From positions 133,290,885 through 133,337,672 of the forward strand of contig NC_068983.1 in the NCBI RefSeq assembly GCF_001194135.2: a stretch of 46,788 nucleotides of DNA. Direction: 5' to 3'. Numbering within the stretch: position 1 is the stretch's first letter; each line of letters opens with the position of its first letter. Shown here piece by piece: positions 36,151 through 46,788 of this stretch. This DNA is from Octopus bimaculoides. Its lineage: Eukaryota. The notes beneath the pieces are model-generated. The model searched no databases, was not told the origin of the DNA, and saw nothing but the letters and a program-made list of their open reading frames with translations. The position numbers and the translations under genes were made by a program.

Positions 36151-37691
36151 AGTCGCCATGAATAATCAAACATATTACGTCCATATATGCTAATAAGCTA
36201 CGATCTTCTGAATTACACTTGCCTAAAAACACAGTACCCAAATCCGATTTAAATAGGAAAAAGGTTCTGGGCTTGTTACTTACTCGTGGCATGCAGCTTT
36301 TCATATGAGATCAACTGAATCTCGCCACTACGTTCGAAAGGTGTATCTTTGAGTCGTGGATTCGAGTGACACGCTAGGTACCCTCATTTAGCAAGTCGTT
36401 CGACTTGCTAAAAGTAACTGCCAAATTTCTATCAAATTACTTTCAACTGTTTTTAGTAAGAGAAAACATTCATTATTTAACATAGTGCTAGATACACCCT
36501 GCCAAAAACGATTGGATAGTCATGGCCTCGTTTATAGGTTTGAAGCGCTGGAAAAACTGCTTCGCGATATTTATATATATCCCCTTAAATTATGACTCCA
36601 AATCCTGCCGGATTCAACTTTATCTTCATCCTTCGAAGGAAGATTAACTATGTGCCAGTCATGCACAGTGGTTTATTTAATCGATCGATCTCTCCGTCCA
36701 TCAACGTGCGAGCATTGTCTATATTTGAAATATTTATTGTTTCCGACATTCGTTAGCACCACCTTGTGACAAACCAACAAAGAGCTCTGTATACGATCGA
36801 TCGACCTGCAAAAACAGCAGCTAAATTTTCCTCAATTCACATTTTATTACCTTTGAAAAGTTCACATTGGTTAATGTGGACTTGGGTGGAGTTGTGGTTA
36901 GGAAAAATGCTGGACAGTCAGAGGTGCAATGCTTTTGATCATGTACTTGTCCAATCAGTGCTGACTTAGAGGTAAACTACCACAGTAACCTACTTACAAC
37001 TATCATGAAGATCATATAGAATTATTTAGCGTATGTTGAGAATGTGCCAAGGACAGTCTTGAACACCAATAAAAAGATAAGAGTTACAGCCCCTACTGTC
37101 CGTGGGAATCTGACACCTTATCATCTCAGACAGCTGAGACTAATCGTTACACTGATTACAATAAACATCCTGGCTCTCGGATATCATATCTTTTACATTA
37201 TCGAAAATTTAATTCCCATATCTTGTAATTTTAAACTGGATACATCCTGGCAGGAATTTTATGTAATCCTAGACATGAAGTATATATCTTTTGGAAGTTC
37301 AACAGGTAAAAAAATAATAGCGAAACTTAGAAATTTCTGTCAGTGCTCTTCTACAATTTCGGCAAGCTTCCAGATTTATTGCATGCCATTTGATCCAAAA
37401 TTGAAAGTCGGTAATAAACGCTGGACTAACAACAAGCGAAAAATACATACATATATATCTAGAATGAAATGCCTGGGTGTATAAACAGATTTTTTTCTCA
37501 AATAACAAATAGACATAACAATATTTACACAAATATTTTGATATGCAGAATGACGACTTTTATGGAGTAATTGGTAAATTATTGACAAAACGAGATTCTA
37601 GAAATGCCTCTGCCAGTTCGACTCAGTACGTTTGTATCACTTAATAAAGGTACAAATATGGCCTGTAGTCAAGAAGGACGCCTCATAAATA

Positions 37692-39065
37692 CAGCAGAAT
37701 TCCTCTAATTTGAACGTGCGCTTTATTCAAGTTAGAGGACGCTGTTCAAATTACGGGAGGAAAATGCATAAGGGTGTTAAAATATTTCCTCTTACATTTC
37801 CGGGTACCCTCGCTAGTATCTAATTTATATATTAAAGTGAGTATATTATATATGGGAGAATATACAAATAATAACAACAGACGAGGACAGGTGGTGTAAA
37901 TAACAAAAGTATATATTAAAGAATCGTTAAATATTATTGCTAGGAAAAAGAATGAAAATAAATTATGTTAGTTGTTAGGTATTTATTACATAATTATCTG
38001 CATTTAACAACTAATCACTTATATACAATACTTTTATTCATTCATTGAATGAGCTTCTTCACTTCCGTTTCTGTCTTCATTTGTCGAACTCACGGGGGCT
38101 GCCATTGCATTCCTCAAGCGATCACGAAACTCCACTCTTTCCTGGTGCTGTAGTCTCTTTATGATCATATCCTTTCGATGTGACATTGCTTGCAAAACAT
38201 AGTTGTCATTAAAGTAAGGATTTCTTTCTAGAAATTTCAACACTATCTCGATAGACTTTTCTGCATTATCCCATGATATTTTCTCATTACAGTGTTCTTA
38301 GCCATTTACATTAGACTCACTCGAATAACCGTTATGTTCTTCAGGATATTGTCGCACCCACATTTCAATTTCATTTGCATCTTGTGATTGAAGAACAGTG
38401 TGTTTGGTTGGAAATCTTGTAGTTTCAAGAATATTTTATACTATAGATTCATTCTCTGCTTCCTTCACTTCAGTTGCACTAGAGGCTGGTTATAATTTTC
38501 CCCACACTTTTGTTAATATGCCTGCTCGAACCTGATTCCATGCACTTGCGAGGGGGAAAAAATGGTATTTTTGATGGTAAAATTGCGCTGGAAATCTTCT
38601 ATACTAACATTATTATTTATTATATTCATCATGAAATCATTTCTGTAGGAACATTTTAAATTCCAAATAATCCCTTGGCTCATAATTTGTATGAGAGATG
38701 TCACATTCGGTAGTAAGTAGCACGCAAAAACATTAGCACACGATGACGCTAATTTTGTCTCGTGAGGATGTGCTCTGCAATTGTCTAGTAGCAGCAGGCA
38801 CTTTGAATCAGATTTACCTAATTCGTGAGAGCGCTTTTGTACAGCTAGCACAAGTTTTGTGAACAAGTGTTGATTCATCCATCCGTTCTTTGAGGAGTAA
38901 TATGATACTGGTAAAGGTGAAACTCCTTTCAATGCTCGAGGACACTTAGAATCACCAATGACAAGAAGCTTAGGTATGTGAGTTCCAGAAGCATTAGCAC
39001 ATACCATCACTGTAAGTCGCTCTTTATTTGGAGCATGATAACAGTAAAGGTAGTGCCTATAATAC
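37692..39065 (-). mobile_element. pogo/Tigger-family DNA transposon remnant (DDE_1 domain and 3' TIR)
   Basis: KERLTVMVCANASGTH..KLLVIG.SKCPRAL...YYSSKNGWM...CLLLLDNCRAHP...LLPNVTSLIQ.MSQGIIWNLKCSYR and the C-terminal SWDNAEKSIEIVLKFLERN. Terminus TA|CAGCAGAATTCCTCTAATTTGAAC. Confidence 0.9.
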
Positions 39066-39070
39066 TTGCT

Positions 39071-39325
39071 GAGTTGGGAACAGTGAGCAAAGATATAGCA
39101 AATGGCTGAAGGAGATTGGAATAGAACGCCCTGTAGATCACCTGCTGAAAGTTTGTCTCTTAGGGACAGCAAGGATTGTCAGGAGGGTTTTAAGCACTTG
39201 AAAGACTGCTGAAAACTTGTGGATACCTAGGGTTACAGGTAGTAACCTGCTACCAACATGAACCCTACCAGGAATAAGACCGAACCCGAGTCAAACCAAA
39301 ATAATAATAATAATAATAATAATAA
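39071..39325 (+). mobile_element. R4/Dong-clade (restriction-like endonuclease) LINE, extreme 3' end with (AAT)n tail
   Basis: LGTVSKDI/SKWLKEIGIERPVDHLLKVCLLGTARIVRRVLST* (stop 39199-39201), then the UTR and ~9 AAT repeats. Confidence 0.75.
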
Positions 39326-39808
39326 ATGCCCTGATACATTATCAGGCAGTGGCTCTCATGGCTTCTGTTCTTAACTGATTGAAAGTGTAATCATGGACAT
39401 AAATATACCACAGATTTGCTTGTCAGTTGTTCGACCAGTTGAGCATATCCCTTAATGGCTGACGAAATGTGTATCTCTGACCACGAGCAGAAGTAGTTGG
39501 GGAGCATCTTTGGGGTTTGGATAATTCACTTTCGGAAACTTGGGTATTTTGTTCAACATCCTTAAACAACATTTATTCAGGGACCTTTTGAGCGAGATGG
39601 GCTACTCGACCTGAAGAAAATTCTAACTGGGCCTCACCTGCAAGGCCATGCGCTATTTAGCTTGATATGAGATCACTATGTCGCGCACATATGGTTGTGA
39701 TGCATGTGCCTGGTGTATCTTTATCAGACGGGTAGTCATGATGGATATACTAGGCTTCGTATATTTTACCCCAGTGTCACTTTGATGGCATGCACTGCTC
39801 TCTCACTC
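39326..39808. repeat. Unclassified ~480-bp non-coding element bounded by (AAT)n on both sides
   Basis: More GC-rich than its surroundings, no recognisable protein motif, sharp borders at (AAT)n tracts 39299-39325 and 39809-39822. Confidence 0.5.
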
Positions 39809-39844
39809 AATAATAATAATAATGATGATGATGATGATGATATG

Positions 39845-40180
39845 CAAAGGTCGAGCAACAAATGTTGGATAGAATCTCTAGGAAGCTGCTCACAATGCAC
39901 AACGCATCTCACTCTGAAAAGTAATTTCGACAGACTCTACCTACCAAGTAAGGGTGAAAGCAGACGATTACTAAATGCGAAAAGACGCCATTAGTACTAC
40001 CATATTGGGTTTGAAACATTATGTTGGGCCAAGCATACGAATCAAATAACAGCAAATATTGATAAAACTCAGTCAGCCAGCAAATGTAGAATCTCCAGTA
40101 AAGAAGACGTAAGAATCAATTATCTCTTGAGCGAATACAATAAGCTAACACAAAAAGTGTATACAATCAGATATGACTGT
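39845..40180 (+). mobile_element. R4/Dong-clade LINE internal fragment (post-RT region and decayed CCHC finger)
   Basis: LDRISRKLLTMHN/LKSNFDRLYLPSKGESRRLL and KCRISSKEDVRINYLLSEYNKLTQK resemble LDRKTRKLLT...DRLYL.R..GGRGL and CR.C....E...H..S.C of RLE LINEs. Confidence 0.65.
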
Positions 40181-41529
40181 AAATAAATGAGTACTTTGCA
40201 ATGAAGCCGGATTCGCCCTACACGTCTTAGCACGTATTCAACATAACTCTATAAATCTGTTGTGTTTCATTTCACTGCCTGGACAGTTTATCTCGAATCA
40301 GCAGGCCAAATAGTTCTGTGAATTACCCATGGGTCCAGGTCCGGGAGAGACCAGATAATTGATGTTCATCGACATCCAGTGCCTCCCCTGAGGTTTATCA
40401 CTTTTTCCCACTGCTAATCCTCTTTGAAATGTGGAACTTCCACCGACCGCATCATCTAAATAGTAAAAGGTTGTGAACACTTGACATTCTTCATACCAAG
40501 CATCGTGTCTCAGTATTTGATTAACGTACAACTACGACTCTGTCAAAGGCATGAGCGGTGGACAACGACCTATGCCAGACGGTGCTCACTCCTGTTAACT
40601 ATCAAAAAAATTCTAGAAATGTCGTAACCTCTGCGTATGACGGTTTATCATCATCTACAGCATATCCAGCTCTCCACGCACGTGGATATTGACAGCGGAT
40701 GTAGCATGAAACCCGGGAAACAGAACCCTTTCACAAAAATGGGAAGAGCAAAGGCTTCAATTCATTTATGACAACGTTATTCTTCCTTATTTTCGAAAAT
40801 GGCTGGTACGAACTGAGAGAGTTGGTTGCTATTTTTTTGCAATTTGAACGACCGCTAGAAGTAATGAGATATAAGAAAAGTTTTGAAGGAATATTGATTG
40901 AAAAATACATTAGCCTCACAAGTCATGGATGGTCTGCAAAGCAACAGACGCCATTCCACCTCTTCTAGCTTTGTATCAAAGACATGTCTAAGACTAAAGA
41001 ATTGGGAGAGAATGTGATCCGTTGCATTAACTAACGTGCTCTATCTGCTAGAAATAGCGGCCAATTACATTTCACCTCATACGGTTAAATATAGGCAACA
41101 AAATACACATTAGATAATGTGCTCCATGGTGCACAGTTCCCCAGAAATGTTCGAGAAAGGGGCTATCGCTTGAATGCCGTTGACGATCAATAATAAACCC
41201 AATATCATACTCTGAAATAGCTAAATATCTTTTCAGTTGTGGGTTAACCAAAGGTGCTTGGCACCTGAAATGTCAAGCGTTCACAAATCTGTACCAGTTT
41301 GACAATGTGGTCGGTGGTTTCCACATTCCGTGGAGAAATAGTGGTGGGTAAATATGACGAACTTCACGAGGTGACTATGTGTATAGAACATCAGGTATTT
41401 GGTTTCTTCGGACCTGAGACCATAGATAACTTCCACACTTCCAAAAACTCTGGTCTGGCAGTGCTACCAGTGGATACTACTGGTTTAAAACAAATTTTAG
41501 CCAAATGCTGTCAGCGGGGCCTGTCTGAG

Positions 41530-41625
41530 ATGCGCGCAGAACGATTAAACCGATTTCAAATTCCGGCAAAGTAGACTTTACCTTTCCTCCTTTCGCAGTC
41601 GATAAAATGAGTAACGAGTACGTTT
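41530..41625 (+). mobile_element. SINE family B fragment
   Basis: ttcaaattccggcaaagtagactttacctttcctcctttcgcagtcgataaaatgagtaac. Confidence 0.6.
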
Positions 41626-42499
41626 TTATGGCCCAGTCGAAGGGAAAAACAGCGTTTATGTTTGCACCATCGCGACTAGTGAGAGAAAAGAGAAAGAATT
41701 CGTCAGATTAGAGACCTGATCTCAATGCTTACAACACAGTGGAACCTGCTAAAGACATTCAAGTTTCAATAGATGCTTCTAAAGCAAGTGACAGTGTAAA
41801 TCTTCCATTGAAAGAGAGCCCCAATCCTACAAACGGGCTTTTCCCTATTTCACCGTTTCAGTCATTAGGAATGGATGTTACCGTGAATTGCGATAGAACC
41901 TTGTATCATATATCTTCGAAAAGAAAATTCCTAAGTGCAATAACTCCTGCTCTAATACGTATTATTAGTACGATACCGTAACATATGATAATATTCAAAG
42001 TAGATGGGACAGATGAATATGCATCAATAAGGAACTCTATTGAGAATAATCAGTATTAAGTATCTTCATCAAAATAAACTTTTGCCTGCAAACATACGAT
42101 CGGTTTTATCAGATATTATTTATGTAAAACATGGACATTACTTCAAAGGTAACTAGAAAACGGAGTATTGATTTCCTTTGACAGACTCTAACCCAATTAT
42201 TCAACACATCTCGGAGCTGTCTCAGAGGAATACTTAACAGAAATCCCGTGATCGAATCGATTCCATACAAAGATCATAGCAACTCGAACTGCGGTATTGT
42301 TTCACTTCTCCTACTAATACTCCAGAGAATGCAGTATCATCACAAATTGCTATATTCATTTGTGTAAAATATAGGGCTTTATGCTTAGTCGATGAAATAT
42401 GAAATGGTTAAAAAAGTTTGTCTCACCGAAAACTAGTATAACTAAAACTATTCGATATCCTCGTACAAAGTAAAAAAAAATTACCACGCTTTACCACGA

Positions 42500-42511
42500 G
42501 TGTGTGTGTGT

Positions 42512-42545
<34 letters not shown>

Positions 42546-42563
42546 GATAGTGAGAGAGAAAGC

Positions 42564-42595
<32 letters not shown>

Positions 42596-42630
42596 GATAG
42601 TGAGAGAGAAAGCGAGAGAGAGAAAGAGAA
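42500..42630. repeat. (GA)/(GACA) microsatellite with a ~50-bp higher-order duplication
   Basis: gacagacagacagacagagatagtgagagagaaagcgagagaga occurs twice. Confidence 0.85.
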
Positions 42631-43782
42631 GGATAGAAGTGCATAGAGAGATGAGAAGTAGTCAATTGAAAACCATATATATATTACTAATACCAATCGA
42701 TACTGGAAGAGTTAAAGGTCTGAATGATGCTTGCAGAACACAAAAATATTTTCATAATTCAGTCAGAGGAGAGATGGTTATATCTGTACATTTTTCAGAT
42801 AGAATATTATCATGAAACTGGAATTTACAATAGAGTGCACTGCAGTAAGAAGGTGCATGAATGAGATGAAGTAGAAGACTAAATCTGCCACCCAAGTACT
42901 AGATTCCCCACCTTCATCATGAGAATCCTGCCGGCTGCCACAATTTCCATACATTAATTTTCAGAGACGCAGAAGAACTGGAGTCTAAGGGAGAGAACTC
43001 TTTTCCCAAAGTGTGTTGTAGTGAAACTGAAACCGAAAACACAGTTACGAGGCAAATTTAACCACGCAGCGATATCCGCACCATTGATTCAAATCTTTAT
43101 AGATATATTCATATGTATGTATTACATTTCATTTAGTGATGTAATCCAAGATACATTATGCCATAAAACAACAGGAAATGGTCATAACATGTTCCCTTTA
43201 ATCAACAGAATCATAAACTAAGCGGAGTGAATCAACAACGAGCTTTCCATTGTAAATCGAACTCACTAAAACCTCCCACACATTGTCACAACCAGCTTCT
43301 AGCTAATTGCACATAAGATGTTATTTTCAAACATTAATTAGCTACTTTTAAATGAATCGAAATAAAAATGAATTGACTTTTTATTCTTTTTTATACGCTG
43401 AACACCAAGTTATAACGAGCAACTATTGAATTACTGGAGCCAGCTCAAGTAACCCAACATGTTTGTTATTGCAAACTAATTGTAACTAACATTGCATTTT
43501 ACTTCCGTTATACCGTCCTCCACTTTCATTGTGTCTGCAACAAAAGATCAAACGCTCTCCTATTTATTTCACACTGCAAACTAAATATTTGACTCATTCT
43601 TTTATGTAAAGAGGTACTTCCGCTGCATATACTCAAAAAGTATAAATTCTGTCATTAACAGTCGAGTTTCTATGATAGCGTTTCCCATTCAACTGAACAG
43701 AAAATGCTCTCCACATTTGCATAAGTGTACATGGGTGTGTAAATATAAATCGATTATGACTAAATCTTTTAAGGCGGTGTCA

Positions 43783-43828
<46 letters not shown>

Positions 43829-44262
43829 GTACCTACAATATATATATTGTGTGTGTGTGTGTATACATAGAGTTACATAAATTTACAATTGTGCAAGAAC
43901 TTTTTAATATATAATGCCCAACATTTGTGTGCATGGTTGTGCATGCATGTATATGCGTGTGTGTATGTGTGTGCTTTGTGTGTGAATTTAGACGTATATA
44001 ACGATTGAGAAAGAGAAAAGAGAGGGCGGGAAATGGATAGAGATAACATGAACTATTGTATTTTAGCTTTTAAAAAGTAACACTAAAACTGGATAATGAG
44101 ATTCTATATAAATTATACCTGAGAACAAAAGCCAGCACGGTTACTTCACCTTATGAGAATGTGTCTGTAGGGTCCACAGCCATATGAACAAGGAGAGATT
44201 CCAGATGGATGTTGTAATGGGGAGGAAGGATATATTGGATAGCGTACATAGATGACGAGAGG

Positions 44263-44641
44263 AGTACTCTTTTACATGTTTCAGTCGTTTGACTGCGGCC
44301 ATGCTGGAGCAACGCCTTTAGTCGAACAATTCGACCCCAGGACTTATTCTTTGTAAGCCTAGTACTTATTCTATCGGCCTCTTTTGCCGAACCGCTAAGT
44401 TACGGGGACGTAAACACACCAGCATCGGTTGTCAAGCGATGGTAGGGGGACAAACACAGACATATATACATATACACGACGGGCTTCTTTCAGTTTCCGT
44501 CTACCAAATCCACTCACAAGGCTTTGGTCAGTCCGAGGCTATAGTAGAAGACACTTGCCCAAGGTGCCACGCAGTTTGACTGAACCCTGAACCACGTGGT
44601 TGGTAAGCAAGTTACTTACCACACAGCCATTCCTACGCCTG
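44263..44641 (-). mobile_element. SINE family A, full-length and best-preserved copy
   Basis: Minus strand: aggcgtaggaatggctgtgtggtaag (A-box-like), ggttcagggttcagtc (B-box-like), ccttgggcaagtgtc, a short internal microsatellite, and tail ggcgttgctccagcatggccgcagtcaaacgactgaaac. Confidence 0.92.
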
Positions 44642-45004
44642 TAGTAATGTGAGATACAAGAGCTTGGCCTATTAAGAAGTGGGAGGAGGCTTGTGTGTGA
44701 GTATAGCAATTAAAGCCGGTGGAGTAACTGCAGAAGAAACAGTTTGTTATTATAATTTGTGTAAAGCTAGAACGAAAGAAATAAAAGAAATACATGAATC
44801 CCAACGATACGGAAATTTTGCGTTCCTGGAAATATGTCGTAATACGAAAATCCGTAACGTGAAATTGATTTTCCCATTGATTCTCCTGTTATATAATGAT
44901 AATGCATTCCAAAGTAATTTTCAGATAAACAACGCAAACAGAAGAAGCAAGCAACCCAACACTTTTATGCATGAAAATAATAATTAATAAATATACACAT
45001 TACA

Positions 45005-45325
45005 ATATGTATAAGGGGCCCCTCTTCGGTTATGAATGACCATGGTATTGCACCTAGAAAGTTCCCTTCTGAGGCACAAGTCTGGGCAAGTTTGTTTATG
45101 GAAGACCAGTATTTGCCCATGCATACCAGCCTCCCCTCTCCACGCCACCGATGTTGTCCAAGACAAAAGCGATACGGCTTGGCACCTGTGACGTCGCAAC
45201 TTATTTCTACAGCTGAGTGAACGGTAGTAACGTGAAATAAAAATGTCTTGCTCAAGAATACAACACATAGCCCAGAAATCGAACTCATGACCTCATGATT
45301 GTGAGCCATACGCTTTCACTACATT
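45005..45325 (-). mobile_element. SINE family D (tRNA-type head, distinct body)
   Basis: Minus strand: ggctcacaatcatgaggtcatgagttcgatttctgg (B-box GTTCGATT), then gttgtattcttgagcaagacatttttatttcacgttac...cactcagctgtagaaataagttgcgacg. Confidence 0.7.
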
Positions 45326-45444
45326 CTATACAATATGTATACGTTTATACATGAAAGCATTTGAAGTGAAATATGTTAGGAAAAAACAAGACTCGTAATA
45401 TCATAGAAGGCTTACGTACTTACCACAAAATATAATGATTTCAA

Positions 45445-45582
45445 ATATTGGCACAAGGCCAGCAAATTTGTGATGAGGGGGGCAAGTTGATTACATTGAC
45501 TCCAGTACTCAGCTGGTACTTATTTTAATGATCTCGGGAGGATGAAAGGCAGAGTCGACCGCGACGTAATTTGAACTCAAAG
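45445..45582 (-). mobile_element. SINE family B, 3' two-thirds
   Basis: ggcacaaggccagcaaattt...cattgactccagtactcagctggtacttatttt...ggatgaaaggcagagtcgacc...atttgaactca. Confidence 0.8.
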
Positions 45583-45987
45583 GTTACCACAAAAAAGATA
45601 TTGATTACTGTGTGAGAGAATAAGAGTTACTTGGTGTCGATTAGAAGCAGGGGTAGTGTTGTAAACATTATCGAACGCATATTCTCAGAGTATATGCCTT
45701 GCTTGTTCACCGGTAGGCTGCAAACAGTGCGATGGAAATGAAACACGTAAATGTCATAGACAGGCGAGACAACTCACCGCAAATCCCATTAAGGAGCGGT
45801 GGACATCGATGTTTCGAGATTTGTATATAGTCATAGACTGGCAATTCAGTTCCCCTCCAATTCGGTTGAGGTATGTGATTTCAAACATACATACATGCAT
45901 ACACACATACGCGCGCGCATACACAAACATACACATATACACACACGTGGACTATTTGTGCTTAGCTGATAGTCTACTTTGTTAAGT

Positions 45988-46363
45988 GTGGAGGCACAGT
46001 GGTTAGGGCAGCAGACTCGCGGTCATAGGATCGCGGTTTCGATTCCCAGACCGGCCGTTGTGAGTGTTAATTGAATGAAAACGCCTAAAGCTACACGAGG
46101 CTCCGGCAGGGGATGGTGACGAATCCTGCTGTATTCTTTCACCACAACTTTCTCTAACTCTTACTTCCTGTTTCTGTTGTGCCTGTAATTCAAAGGACTA
46201 GCCTTGTCACATTGTGTCACACTAAATATCCCCGAGAACTACGTTAAGGGTACATGTGTCTGTGGAGTGCTCAGCCACTTGCACGTTAATTTCACGAGCA
46301 GGCTGTTCCGTTGATCGGATCCACTGGAAACCTCGACGTCGTAAGCGACGGAGTGCCAACAAT
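45988..46363 (+). mobile_element. SINE family C, full length with 10-bp target-site duplication
   Basis: tRNA-like head gtggaggcacagtggttagggcagcagactcgcggtcataggatcgcggtttcgattccc (B-box GTTTCGATTCC). TTTGTTAAGT occurs at 45978-45987 and 46364-46373. Confidence 0.88.
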
Positions 46364-46373
46364 TTTGTTAAGT

Positions 46374-46440
46374 CCCGAGGAAAAGAATGCAAAGACGATT
46401 TCGGCGGGATTTCAACTCAGACGTTAAGTTAGGTAACTGA
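46374..46440 (-). mobile_element. SINE family B fragment, apparent host of the family C insertion
   Basis: cccgaggaaaagaatgcaaagacgatttcggcgggatttcaactcagacgt. Confidence 0.6.
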
Positions 46441-46754
46441 ATAGCTCAAGGCTTGTTAACGATCGTTGAATAGATTCAATCTACCCACCACGGTCATACA
46501 TAGTTAATAGCGGCAAAAATACAAAGAAAAATGCATTACCAGAAGTAAGAGAATTTTTGGAAGAGTTCAATAAGTTCACTTGCAATGTGCAACTACTGGA
46601 AGGAATAATTTAATATTTTTATTATTTCATATCACAGCACGTTTATGTAATATTCAAATTTATTACAATCCTTCTATCTTCCGTTGTGTCGGGCATAAAA
46701 TATTATACATGCATATAACCTACACACACACACACACACATATCTTTACATACA

Positions 46755-46788
<34 letters not shown>

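Noticed and set aside
38513-39172. 219-aa ORF as an intact host gene
   Set aside because: It is a chimera: a DDE_1 transposase segment plus antisense of a Dong fragment, with a non-ATG start and a frameshifted C-terminus.
45988-46065. tRNA gene
   Set aside because: The tRNA-like boxes continue into a SINE body bounded by a TSD, and there is no complete acceptor stem. The same applies to the heads of families A, B and D.
198-46788. Numerous ORFs rich in YI/CV/HT/LS repeats and poly-Met/Ile/Val, and long X-filled ORFs
   Set aside because: They are translations of microsatellites or N-gaps, not genes.

Overview
AT-rich, repeat-saturated metazoan genomic DNA with ten N-gaps. The extreme (TA)n/(TG)n/(GATA)n microsatellite load and the SINE types resemble Octopus (inference; no database was searched). 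No host protein-coding exon, rRNA, true tRNA or CRISPR array is supported. The recognisable coding traces are decayed transposons: Tc1 (DD34E), DD37D/maT-like and mariner derivatives, a pogo/Tigger DDE_1 element, and non-LTR retroelements of the Tx1/L1, RTE, CR1/L2, R4/Dong and Penelope (GIY-YIG) groups. There are also about 20 copies from four tRNA-type SINE families. Main observations: (1) four sequence-unrelated minimal type I hammerhead-ribozyme motifs, three inside inverted-repeat structures, one (29566-29611) with an intact core; (2) a CR1/L2-group LINE whose 3' tail matches the tail of the commonest SINE, with compensatory stem changes; (3) apparent partitioning of retroelements among microsatellite motifs, with Tx1-like in (GATA)n and R4/Dong-like plus an unclassified repeat in (AAT)n.
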